Part shown: positions 10,039-19,021 of the stretch, piece after piece
Numbering within the stretch: position 1 is the first letter of the stretch
Layout of the letters: every line of letters begins with the position of its first letter
Assembly (NCBI GenBank): GCA_937927895.1
Contig: CALGKA010000036.1
Coordinates: forward strand, 9,737 to 73,736
Length of the DNA: 64,000 bases
Direction of reading: 5' to 3'
Source: an uncultured Granulosicoccaceae bacterium
GTDB lineage: Bacteria; Pseudomonadota; Gammaproteobacteria; Granulosicoccales; Granulosicoccaceae
The notes under the pieces: generated by a model
What the model was told of the DNA's origin: nothing
Databases searched by the model: none
The model's input: the letters and a program-made list of their open reading frames with translations, nothing else
Made by a program: the position numbers and the translations under genes

Positions 10039-11583
10039 ATGACTATTAGCGCAAAGCCTCCTCGTCGTTCTACTCTATTGATCATTATGGATGGGGTCGG
10101 TATGAACCCATCTAAGCTCGATAATGCCGTAGCGCTTGCAAAGACACCAAACCTTGACGAGTTATACTCGTCTAACCCTGTCACAGTGCTTGAGGCCTCT
10201 GGCGCCGCAGTGGGCTTGCCCGCGGGTCAGATGGGTAATTCTGAAGTTGGACATCTAACCATTGGCTGCGGTAGCATTTTGCGCCAGGACTTAGTGGTGA
10301 TCAACGATTCCATTGAAAGTGGTGAGTTTGCTGAAAACAGCGTTATTGCCGACGCATGTCAGGCGGCAGCCACCAGCGCTAAACCACTGCACCTAATCGG
10401 CCTGGTCTCTGATGGCGGAGTGCATAGTCACCTTGATCATTTATTGGCACTTATTGATGCCTGTAAAAAATATAACGTGCGGCCGATGTTGCACATGATT
10501 ACCGATGGACGCGATACCTCGCCAAAGTGTTCAAAGGTATACCTTGATCTAGTAGAGCCCGCGCTAAAAAGTGCCAAGGGTCAGATCGCGACGGTTAGCG
10601 GTAGATACTATGCGATGGATCGAGACAATCGATGGGATCGAGTGCAGAAAGCTTTTGATGCCATGGTACATGGCAAAGGAAATACGGGTAGTAATGCTGA
10701 GGCTGTCATTGAAGCTGCCTGGCAAGATGGTAAATCAGATGAGTTTATTTTGCCCACAGTATTGGAAGGTGCTGAGCTAATTGCCAATGGTGATCAAGCG
10801 GTATTTTTTAACTTTAGAAATGATCGCCCACGTGAATTATCAAGTGCATTAATCCACAGTGACTTTGATAATTTTGATCGTGGTAACTTTCAAAAAATGT
10901 CGCTCACCACAATGACAATGTACCACCCGGATTTTGATTGCCCGATAGCATTTGATAAAGATAAACCAAAAGCTACCTTAGGCGCTGCAATAGAAGCAGC
11001 CGGCGTCGGGCAGTTTCACTCTGCGGAAACTGAGAAGTATCCGCATGTGACGTTCTTTTTTAATGGTGGTCGCGAAGAACCCTATACAGGTGAGGAACGC
11101 GGCTTAGTAGCATCACCAAAAGTAGACACCTATGATCTACAGCCCGAGATGAGCGCTTATGAAGTGCGAGATAAAGTCCTTGCGGCAATACGCGCTGATC
11201 AGTTTGGTTTTATAGTGGTTAATCTAGCGAATTGCGATATGGTCGGCCATACTGGTGTGCGTGAAGCAGTTATTAAGTCTGTTGAAGTGGTCGATGAAAT
11301 TGTCGGTGAACTGGTCACTGCAGCCACTGAAAACGATTTTTCAGTAATCCTTACCGCAGATCATGGCAACGCCGATATGTTGGTTGATCCGGTCACTGGG
11401 TCACCGCATACGCAACATACTATTTTCCCTGTCGCCTGCATGGTGAAAGATAAGGTTGCGTGGCACTTGGCTAATGGCATGGGGCTATCGTCGATCGCAC
11501 CCACAGTGTTACAACTGATGGGTTTAGAGCAACCTCAAGGCATGGCTGGCAAGTCAATGTTGCTTGAAGAAAAAAACTATTAA
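10039..11583 (+). CDS. gpmI: 2,3-bisphosphoglycerate-independent phosphoglycerate mutase
   Basis: LIIMDGVG...GNSEVGH...SDGGVHSH...ITDGRDT...ADHGNA motifs. ATG 10039 is preferred over TTG 10030. Confidence 0.93.
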   Translation: MTISAKPPRRSTLLIIMDGVGMNPSKLDNAVALAKTPNLDELYSSNPVTVLEASGAAVGLPAGQMGNSEVGHLTIGCGSILRQDLVVINDSIESGEFAENSVIADACQAAATSAKPLHLIGLVSDGGVHSHLDHLLALIDACKKYNVRPMLHMITDGRDTSPKCSKVYLDLVEPALKSAKGQIATVSGRYYAMDRDNRWDRVQKAFDAMVHGKGNTGSNAEAVIEAAWQDGKSDEFILPTVLEGAELIANGDQAVFFNFRNDRPRELSSALIHSDFDNFDRGNFQKMSLTTMTMYHPDFDCPIAFDKDKPKATLGAAIEAAGVGQFHSAETEKYPHVTFFFNGGREEPYTGEERGLVASPKVDTYDLQPEMSAYEVRDKVLAAIRADQFGFIVVNLANCDMVGHTGVREAVIKSVEVVDEIVGELVTAATENDFSVILTADHGNADMLVDPVTGSPHTQHTIFPVACMVKDKVAWHLANGMGLSSIAPTVLQLMGLEQPQGMAGKSMLLEEKNY

Positions 11584-11709
11584 ATGATGTTTGATGCGCT
11601 AAATTTTTTACATCTGCGTTGGCGCCATAGAGTGTTTCCAACAGCACCATAGTGAGTGGCCTATATGTGGTATTTTCCATAGAATCCCCACTCTTGGTTG
11701 AATCTAATA

Positions 11710-12516
11710 ATGGCCAGAATCTTTCAGGTAGACGCGTTCACCGATCATTTGTTTGGTGGCAACCCAGCCGCTGTGGTGCCACTAGAGAGTTGGCCTGATG
11801 ATCAAATCCTGCAGTCGGTGGCCATGGAAAACAACCTGGCAGAAACCGCTTTCACGGTTCCCGTTGACAATGGTTTTGAGCTCCGCTGGTTTACCCCGAC
11901 AAGTGAAGTGGCGTTATGTGGCCACGCGACACTTGCAACAGCACACGTTATGTTTTCGCATTTACACTTTGCTGATTCTTCAATAAACTTTTATACCAGA
12001 CGGTCTGGCACGTTAAGCGTTGAAAAACGCAACGACAATCAGCTGGCTATGTCTTTTCCTTCAATTGCAGCAACACAGAGCGCTGACACAGAGTTGCTTA
12101 CACAGGCTTTGGGAGTCAATTTAGTTGATCTTTATACTGGCCACTATTCAGCAGATGAGTTTGACTACATGGCAGTGTTGGAATCACAACAACAGGTAGA
12201 ATCTTTTGTGCCTACGTTGAATGCAATATCAGCACTTGCGTGCAGGGGGGTGATAATCACCGCAGCAGGGGATGATTGTGATTTTGTTTCTCGATTCTTC
12301 GCTCCAGGGTTTGGTATTGATGAAGATCCGGTGACAGGCTCAGCTCATTGTTTATTGGCACCTCATTGGGCAACAGTATTGGGTAAGGATCAACTCGCTG
12401 CACGCCAGGTATCGTTGCGTGGTGGTGTTTTAGGGTGTGTGGTAGATGCGGGCCGTACATGGCTGACAGGTCGCTGCGTAGACTATCTACAAGGCCAGAT
12501 TACGCTCGGCAATTAA
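11710..12516 (+). CDS. PhzF-family isomerase
   Basis: IFQVDAFT...GNPAAVV...ETAF...CGHATLA...EDPVTGSAH motifs. ATG 11710 is preferred over TTG 11698. Confidence 0.85.
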   Translation: MARIFQVDAFTDHLFGGNPAAVVPLESWPDDQILQSVAMENNLAETAFTVPVDNGFELRWFTPTSEVALCGHATLATAHVMFSHLHFADSSINFYTRRSGTLSVEKRNDNQLAMSFPSIAATQSADTELLTQALGVNLVDLYTGHYSADEFDYMAVLESQQQVESFVPTLNAISALACRGVIITAAGDDCDFVSRFFAPGFGIDEDPVTGSAHCLLAPHWATVLGKDQLAARQVSLRGGVLGCVVDAGRTWLTGRCVDYLQGQITLGN

Positions 12517-12709
12517 TCACAAGCCAGAGTCTTGGCGTTGTTTTGTAAAATCTATTGGCGCGATTACTATCGGTTATCTGATTCGATGAATGTTCATTTT
12601 TTTGCCTGAAAGAATTGTCAATTGCTGTGGGTTTACATTGACATTGGTGCTTTCATTGCTAGAAGTAGGTGTTACAGAAAGAGTTCAGCATAGCTGGTGG
12701 CAGGCGAAT

Positions 12710-12985
12710 ATGAAAACGAATAGCATCTATAGCAAGCGTTCAAAAAGTGGCGGTAAAAAAGCCCAGCGCTCGCGAGAAAATCTGAAAGCAGATGCAGCCT
12801 TTCTAATGTGGTTTGGAGCATTTGCTCTGTTGGTCACGCTAGTCTATTGGTTTAACGGCGGTAAGAGTGTTTTTGTATTCCCAACTATTTTGTGTGTTGG
12901 CTTAGTCGTGCGTAACCTAAGAAAGCCCACCAGTAAATACTTTAATAATGGTAGCCGGGTGTTACCGATTAAGCGAGCCAGGTAG
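12710..12985 (+). CDS. Small hypothetical membrane protein
   Basis: The ORF track gives 12590-12985. The internal ATG at 12710 (MKTNSIYSKRSKSGGKK...) gives a basic N-terminus followed by two hydrophobic segments. No family recognised. Confidence 0.4.
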   Translation: MKTNSIYSKRSKSGGKKAQRSRENLKADAAFLMWFGAFALLVTLVYWFNGGKSVFVFPTILCVGLVVRNLRKPTSKYFNNGSRVLPIKRAR

Positions 12986-12999
12986 CTCGGGAAGATAGT

Positions 13000-13040
13000 G
13001 CTGAAAAAGGTTGAGCTGAAAAAGGTTGAGCTGAAAAAGT
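13000..13040. repeat. 15-bp tandem repeat (gctgaaaaaggttga), about 2.7 copies
   Basis: Read directly: 13000-13014, 13015-29, and a partial copy to 13040. It lies 15 nt downstream of the stop at 12985. Confidence 0.9.
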
Positions 13041-13086
13041 AGCAGGCTAGTAGCTGCTGGTTAGAGTTGGCTAAATACAGAACTAC

Positions 13087-13923
13087 CTATAGTTTTTTAT
13101 CGGTTTCCAAGTACAGCCCGGGTGGTTGTATATAGTCGAAAAATTTCGCAACCTTTGGTGTCCTGCCGAGAAGTGTAGGCAAGCTTATCCCTAGTCCCAA
13201 ATAGACGTGTCTAGAAGGCTCCGTTTGCTCATCGAATGTTCTAAACCCGCGAGTGTAGTAGCCCGCTTGTAGTTCTAACCATTTAAACGGTGTGTTCTGC
13301 AGTGATTCAAATCCATTTGCTTTTAATGCAATCAGATGTTTCATACCGGAGTAGTCAGAGACTGCATCATTTTGTAGGTTGTAACCACTAGACGGCCAAT
13401 ACTCCATACGTAAATCTATTCGATCATCCCACTTAGGGTTTGATGCAAGCCACCATGAAGCAGCCACGCCTACCGCATCGGCAATAAAATCTTCGCTTGA
13501 AAATCCGTATTTAGACGATGTGGCATCACCCACTTCTAGTAGTGTCATGGCTGCTAACGCAGACAGCGCTGCCTTGCGTTCCGGGTGTTTTACGCCATGG
13601 CGTCTAAAATCTAAAAGGAAGATTTCAGAAAGTATATAAGACATATACAGGTGACCGGTTTTATCAGCACCACCTGCGTGGGTATCATCTCCAAACCAAC
13701 CTTCACGTTTCGCAACAGGTGAGTGTTCAAACCAGTCCCACTGTGAGATACCCCAAGCGCTCATGGCCAGTGTCGCTAGTGAAAGATCTCGCGTCACAAT
13801 GTATCGGGTATTTTGTTGTTCAGCGGCGAAGCTTTGCTGAGAAAGGCCTATGCCTAGCGCAAATACCAAAGCAACGTTGCGAAATTTAAGTGACAGCATG
13901 GCTATGGGAAACGCAAAATACAC
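13087..13923 (-). CDS. Hypothetical exported (periplasmic/outer-membrane) protein
   Basis: Signal-peptide-like N-terminus (MLSLKFRNVALVFALGIGLSQQSFA from the internal Met at 13899). The GGADKTGHLY segment is reminiscent of YfiM/DUF2279-type lipoproteins (unverified). The aromatic-rich C-terminal half looks like a beta-barrel. Confidence 0.6.
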   Translation of the reverse strand: MYFAFPIAMLSLKFRNVALVFALGIGLSQQSFAAEQQNTRYIVTRDLSLATLAMSAWGISQWDWFEHSPVAKREGWFGDDTHAGGADKTGHLYMSYILSEIFLLDFRRHGVKHPERKAALSALAAMTLLEVGDATSSKYGFSSEDFIADAVGVAASWWLASNPKWDDRIDLRMEYWPSSGYNLQNDAVSDYSGMKHLIALKANGFESLQNTPFKWLELQAGYYTRGFRTFDEQTEPSRHVYLGLGISLPTLLGRTPKVAKFFDYIQPPGLYLETDKKL

Positions 13924-14068
13924 ACCGGCTTATTGTTGTATGCAGGTTGTTTACAATTGCCTGGTTGTGACGTGGCTCTTTACGCAAGTGACTGATAAAT
14001 GGTTGAATTTTTATTTGTAAAGTCAGCCTAATTGAAGTGGCTTTAAGTGCCGCATACTTAGGTGGCGA

Positions 14069-15049
14069 TTATCGGTTACGTGGCATCGGGTGCTTGACGG
14101 CTATTTTCCGATTCAGGAGAACTTCTCTCCAAAAAACAAATAAGCCCGAAACGAGAATCATCAGTATTCCAACCCATGCGAATAAATCTGGCCAGTCACC
14201 CCAAATAGTAATACCCCAAACAATAGCCAGTACTAACGCGACATACTCAAACGGTGCGATGGTCGCCGCTTCGCAGAGCCTGTACGCCTGACTGACAAGG
14301 TAGCCTCCAATACCGCTAGCTAAGCCAATCCCAAACATGATCAAGCCGTCTGTAAGGGTGGGCATGGTCCAGGCTCTGAATAAAAAATCCATCACCCGGT
14401 TGTCGGGGTTTGCGTATTGCCCACTATGAAATAACAAACCAAAAATTGTCGAGACAACAATAAACATTAGCTGTATGTAAAATGACATAGTCGACGCCTT
14501 TTCTTTTAAGCCAATCTTACGCGTGAGCATTTGCATGCAGGCATAAGCGAAGGCTGAAAACAAAGGCAGCAATGCAGCGACTTGAAATGCTGCAGAGCCA
14601 GGGCGCATCATTATGATTACACCGGCAAGCCCGACGAAAACGGCGGCCCAACGTTTAAGCCCGACTTTTTCACCCAGAAAAACAACCGATAACGCGGTGA
14701 TAAATAAAGGTGCTATAAAAAAGATCGCTGTTGCTTCAGGCAAGCTAATGGCGGCTAAGCCCATAAAAAAAGCCATGTTAGCGGCCACTATGCATAGACC
14801 ACGAATACTATGAATCACAGGGTGGCGAGTTTTAAGCAGTGTAAACCCGCCTTCCATAGACATGATGGCAAGCGTTATCGTTATGGCGATAGCAGATCGT
14901 ATCAGTACGATCTGATGCAAGGCGTAGTCATCGCTAAGTAGTTTAATGCCTACATCATTGAGAGAAAATAGAACCCATGCACCTAGTGCACACATAATAC
15001 CGATGGCAGTTGTGCGATTTCGTATGGCTAGTTCGTTTGCAGTGGACAT
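14069..15049 (-). CDS. DMT-superfamily (EamA-like) transporter
   Basis: 326 aa with about 10 hydrophobic helices and the duplicated EamA-type architecture. Confidence 0.8.
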   Translation of the reverse strand: MSTANELAIRNRTTAIGIMCALGAWVLFSLNDVGIKLLSDDYALHQIVLIRSAIAITITLAIMSMEGGFTLLKTRHPVIHSIRGLCIVAANMAFFMGLAAISLPEATAIFFIAPLFITALSVVFLGEKVGLKRWAAVFVGLAGVIIMMRPGSAAFQVAALLPLFSAFAYACMQMLTRKIGLKEKASTMSFYIQLMFIVVSTIFGLLFHSGQYANPDNRVMDFLFRAWTMPTLTDGLIMFGIGLASGIGGYLVSQAYRLCEAATIAPFEYVALVLAIVWGITIWGDWPDLFAWVGILMILVSGLFVFWREVLLNRKIAVKHPMPRNR

Positions 15050-15188
15050 TCCGCATAAGACACCTGTTGGTGATCTATGTCAATTGATACCAATTGTGTT
15101 TGTTATGTTGAGCAGCTATCTAGAGTAGTAGGTGTCGCAAGTGGAGTTGCTTGGCTACTCTACAAGCATTGCTTGATTTCTACAGGCG

Positions 15189-15220
15189 AAAAAAAAGCCG
15201 CAAAGTAAGCGGCTCTTTTT
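15189..15220 (-). terminator. Intrinsic (bidirectional-type) terminator downstream of nrdJb
   Basis: A8 run, then stem agccgc/gcggct with a 7-nt loop, then cTTTTT. On the minus strand the hairpin is followed by U8. Confidence 0.75.
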
Positions 15221-15240
15221 GTGCTACGTGGGTAGTGCAT

Positions 15241-15933
15241 TCAACCGCACTTGGATTCACCGCAGTTAAGGCAGGTGCTGCAGCCATCCATTAAAATGGT
15301 TGCTTTTACCGCACACTTTTTACAGGTTGTGGCTGATGCAGGATAACCACTGTTCTCGTCAACTGAATCATTGTTATTGGCGAGGTATTCTTCCTTCTTC
15401 TGTTCTATGTATTCAGCGGTGGCTGTGTCTGGATCCTGGTTTGGATCACGCAGCATGCCTATGCCAATAAGATGCTCTTCGATCACATCGCCAATTTCTG
15501 CAACCAATGATTGTTGCAACTTGCCTTTGTTCCAGTATCCGCCACTTGGATCAAATACTGATCTAAGTTCTTCCACCAGAAAAGTAACATCGCCACCTTT
15601 GCGAAATACCGCAGACATGATGCGGGTTAGGGCTACGATCCACTGAAAGTGATCCATGTTTTTGCTGTTAATGAACACTTCAAACGGGCGCCGGATTTCG
15701 TGATTGGTGCCTTCGTTAAGAACGATATCATTGATAGTGATATACATGGCATGGGCTGAAACATGCTCAGGTGTTTTTAGCTTGTAAGTCGAGCCAATCA
15801 GTTTGTCCGGGCGTTTTAATGCCTCGTGCATCTGAATGACTTCAGCAACAGGCAGTTCATCTGAGTCAAGATCAGGCTTGTTAACGGTGTAGCTAACAAT
15901 TTTGTTGTCTATTTTAATAGTCATAGAAGTCAT
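15241..15933 (-). CDS. nrdJb: Class II (adenosylcobalamin-dependent) ribonucleotide reductase, C-terminal polypeptide NrdJb
   Basis: 230 aa ending in the Cys-rich tail CKKCAVKATILMDGCSTCLNCGESKCG, typical of the NrdJ C-terminus. It lies directly downstream of the 720-aa NrdJa, the split arrangement known from Pseudomonas aeruginosa. Confidence 0.8.
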   Translation of the reverse strand: MTSMTIKIDNKIVSYTVNKPDLDSDELPVAEVIQMHEALKRPDKLIGSTYKLKTPEHVSAHAMYITINDIVLNEGTNHEIRRPFEVFINSKNMDHFQWIVALTRIMSAVFRKGGDVTFLVEELRSVFDPSGGYWNKGKLQQSLVAEIGDVIEEHLIGIGMLRDPNQDPDTATAEYIEQKKEEYLANNNDSVDENSGYPASATTCKKCAVKATILMDGCSTCLNCGESKCG

Positions 15934-15953
15934 TTGGGTATGGTCAAATAAAT

Positions 15954-15993
15954 AATCAAGGGCGCGTGCGTTTTAGTCAATGCGCCCTTGATT
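15954..15993 (-). other. Perfect 12-bp stem-loop in the nrdJa-nrdJb spacer
   Basis: aatcaagggcgc (15954-65), 16-nt loop, gcgcccttgatt (15982-93). On the minus strand it is followed by AUUUAUUUG. Confidence 0.8.
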
Positions 15994-16016
15994 GTTTTGG
16001 GCGTCAGGTCTCTTAG

Positions 16017-18179
16017 TTAGAACTTGCCGTAGTAACCTTCTTTAAGTGCGTCGTAGAGATTGGCGGCGCTATGAGTTTCTCCGTCGTACTCGATCTCCTC
16101 ATTGCCCTTGCACGTGACCGTGCTGCCGTCCTCAAGCGTAAACTGGTACGTCGTATTTTCAAGATCTGACTCCTTAACGAGAACCCCTTGGAAGGCCTCT
16201 GGATTAAATCGGAAAGTGGTGCAGCCTTTCAGGCCTTTTTCATGTGCATACAGGTAAATATCCTTAAAGTCGTCATAAGGAAAATCTGTTGGTACATTGG
16301 CCGTTTTGGATATTGATGAGTCTATCCATTTTTGCGCGGCGGCTTGAACGTCTACATGCTGAGTGGGAGAAATATCATCAGCTGATACGAAATAATCGGG
16401 AAGTTTATTTTCCTCTTCTGTTGCATAAGGCATAGCAGTTTCATTGATTTGATCGCGGTAAGCGAGCAGCTCATATGAAAAAACATCTACTTTTTCTTTG
16501 CTCTTTTTGCCTTCACGGATCACGTTGCGAGAATAGTGGTGTGCGAAGCTTGGCTCAATACCGTTACTGGCATTGTTGGCTAGTGATAGCGAAATAGTAC
16601 CGGTAGGTGCTATGGAAGTATGGTGAGTAAACCGGCTGCCTGATTCTACAATGCTATCAACCAGTGCTTTATCAGCACTTGCGATTCGCTGCATATAGCG
16701 GCTGTATTTACCTAGCAGCACACGACCTTTTACTTTATCGCCAACGTTGTAACCGTCTTTTGCCATTTCCGGGCGCTTACGTAGCATATTGGCAGTAATG
16801 GTGAACTCATCATCCATTATGGGTGCGGCGCCTTTTTCTTTGGCAAGTTCAACACCCGTTTTCCAGCCACTGATAGCCATCTCACGAGAGACATCGTCAG
16901 TGAACGTTAAAGACTCTTCAGAGCCGTAGCTCATCTGCAGCATGGTCATAGTAGAACCAAGCCCCAGGTAGCCCATGCCATGACGGCGTTTGTATTGAAT
17001 CTCTTCACGTTGTTTAAATAGCGGCAGCCCGTTAATTTCAACTACGTTATCAAGCATGCGAGTGAAAATTTGTACTGTATCTCTGTATTTATCCCAATCA
17101 AATCGTGCTTCATCTGTGAAAGGGTTTTCAACAAAGCGCGTGAGGTTGATTGAGCCAAGTAGGCAAGCACCGTAAGGTGGAAGAGGTTGTTCGCCGCATG
17201 GGTTGGTGGCGCGTATTTCTTCACAGAACCAGTTATTGTTCTGTTCATTAACCTTGTCTATTAATATGAAGCCAGGCTCTGCGAAGTCATAGGTTGATGC
17301 CATGATCGCATCCCATAATCTACGTGCCTTAACATTCTTATAAATTTTGCACGCAACCAGGCCTTCATCATTCTGTTGAAAGCCGATTTTGGTTGGCCAA
17401 TCAAGCCAGATAACTTGCTCTGGATCTTCAATGTTAACTTCGCCACTTTCAATTTCTTTTTCTTGAACCGGGAAAGCCAGGCTCCAGGAGTTATCGTTGC
17501 GAACCGCTTCGATGAAATCTTCCGTAATAAGTAGAGACAGATTGAACTGACGTAGGCGACCGTCTTCGCGTTTAGCGCGAATGAACTCGAATACATCAGG
17601 GTGGCGAACATCAAAAGTAGCCATTTGCGCGCCACGTCGGCCACCGGCAGACGATACCGTAAAGCACATTTTGTCGTATATATCCATGAACGACAGTGGC
17701 CCTGAAGTATAAGCGCCTGCACCCGATACATAAGCACCACGAGGGCGTAAGGTAGAGAAGTCGTAGCCGATGCCACAGCCGGCTTTAAGAGTTAGGCCGG
17801 CCTCGTGCACTTTGCCAAGGATGTCATCCATGGAGTCGCCGACAGTGCCCGAGACGGTGCAGTTAATAGTAGAGGTGGCAGGCTTGTGTGCTCTTGCACC
17901 TGCGTTAGAGATAATTCGGCCTGCGGGTACCGCGCCTTGGCGTAGTGCCCACAAGAATTTCTCATGCCATTCGGTTTTCTTTTCTTCTGTTTCTTCTACA
18001 TCAGCCAATGCACGAGCAACGCGTTGGTAGGTGTCGTCGAGTGAGGTGTCTACATCAGAGCCTTCACGGCTTTTAAGTCTGTACTTTTTATCCCAAATAT
18101 CAAGCGATGCGCTTTGAAGCGGGATTGCAAAATCAAATTCTGCCTTTGCTTTGCCATCGATGGCGACGACTTTTGTCAT
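16017..18179 (-). CDS. nrdJa: Class II (adenosylcobalamin-dependent) ribonucleotide reductase, large polypeptide NrdJa
   Basis: 720 aa. NCTVSG..., TNPCGEQPL (active-site Cys/Glu) and SIAPTGTISL motifs are typical of vitamin B12-dependent RNR. Confidence 0.92.
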   Translation of the reverse strand: MTKVVAIDGKAKAEFDFAIPLQSASLDIWDKKYRLKSREGSDVDTSLDDTYQRVARALADVEETEEKKTEWHEKFLWALRQGAVPAGRIISNAGARAHKPATSTINCTVSGTVGDSMDDILGKVHEAGLTLKAGCGIGYDFSTLRPRGAYVSGAGAYTSGPLSFMDIYDKMCFTVSSAGGRRGAQMATFDVRHPDVFEFIRAKREDGRLRQFNLSLLITEDFIEAVRNDNSWSLAFPVQEKEIESGEVNIEDPEQVIWLDWPTKIGFQQNDEGLVACKIYKNVKARRLWDAIMASTYDFAEPGFILIDKVNEQNNNWFCEEIRATNPCGEQPLPPYGACLLGSINLTRFVENPFTDEARFDWDKYRDTVQIFTRMLDNVVEINGLPLFKQREEIQYKRRHGMGYLGLGSTMTMLQMSYGSEESLTFTDDVSREMAISGWKTGVELAKEKGAAPIMDDEFTITANMLRKRPEMAKDGYNVGDKVKGRVLLGKYSRYMQRIASADKALVDSIVESGSRFTHHTSIAPTGTISLSLANNASNGIEPSFAHHYSRNVIREGKKSKEKVDVFSYELLAYRDQINETAMPYATEEENKLPDYFVSADDISPTQHVDVQAAAQKWIDSSISKTANVPTDFPYDDFKDIYLYAHEKGLKGCTTFRFNPEAFQGVLVKESDLENTTYQFTLEDGSTVTCKGNEEIEYDGETHSAANLYDALKEGYYGKF

Positions 18180-18397
18180 TCTTCTCGTTTCCCCGTTATT
18201 GCGGATGAAATTTCACTTGGCAACCGTTGCCGTATTGCAGCCATTGCCGGCTGCCTTTATTTAGCTGCCCTTAGTCTGTGACTAATTAACAAATTAATCG
18301 TCTGAGGTTTACTACCTAAAGACTAAAAACAAACAACAAGTGAACTCATCTGGCAGAGTTATTTATATCTGTGCGCTTCTGTTCAGAGCACTAACTT

Positions 18398-18433
18398 GGT
18401 CCTTTGCACGATCCTTTGCACGGTCCTTTGAGG
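18398..18433. repeat. 12-bp tandem repeat x3 (ggtcctttgcac / gatcctttgcac / ggtcctttgagg) in the nrdJ leader
   Basis: Read directly. It lies between the NrdR boxes and the nrdJa start codon. Confidence 0.9.
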
Positions 18434-18499
18434 TTTGCTTGTAAGGTATTGCTACATTTACGAGCATTCTCTATAGGAATGTGTAAGATTTCCGAAGCA

Positions 18500-18548
18500 G
18501 TATACTATATGGTGTAGCCAAACTTCAGTTACCTACTATATATAGTGC
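18500..18548 (-). promoter_or_regulatory. Pair of NrdR boxes upstream of nrdJa
   Basis: The minus strand of 18533-18548 reads gcactatatatagtag, about 12-13/16 matches to the NrdR palindrome acaCwAtATaTwGtgt. The minus strand of 18500-18515 reads acaccatatagtatac, with a good left half-site. The boxes are 33 bp apart, roughly three helical turns, as is typical for NrdR operators. Confidence 0.6.
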
Positions 18549-18844
18549 CATCTGGTAATATGGCGGAGCGGATTAGGTGCACTGAAGCGAGCCATAGAAT
18601 GATAGTGGTGAGAGGTTTGGTCGGTCAAGAGCGGACTACTACAAAATGGTGATTGTAATCTTACCATCCACAATATGATGTGATTTAGGTGTGTTTAAGC
18701 AGTGTGCGAGCTGTGGATAACTTGTGGGCTGTTTTTTTGCCAGTTCGGCTGGCTATTTCCGGTTTGTTTGGTCTTTGTTCGCGGCGCGAGGCTGGTCATT
18801 CGCTGCGCTCGGGTTGTTGGCCATTCGCTGGGCTCAACTTTAGT

Positions 18845-18874
18845 GGCTTGGCTTGGCTTGGCTTGGCTTGGCCT
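18845..18874. repeat. Pentanucleotide microsatellite (GGCTT)x5 plus one imperfect unit (GGCCT)
   Basis: Read directly: 18845-18869 is perfect, 18870-74 is imperfect. Confidence 0.95.
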
Positions 18875-19021
18875 GGGCGGCTTTGTGCTCTGGCTTGAGC
18901 GGCACGTCTCACCACTCGAAGCCAATTCCAATATCAAAAGCCAATAGCATGTATATGCAACGGGGCATTAAGTCCCTCGCTTACGCTGGCGGGCTTCCTA
19001 CGAGCGCGATCTCACAAAGCC

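Noticed and set aside
18180-18500. Cobalamin riboswitch in the nrdJ leader
   Set aside because: I could not find a B12 box or the conserved core. It is also biologically unexpected for the B12-dependent RNR.
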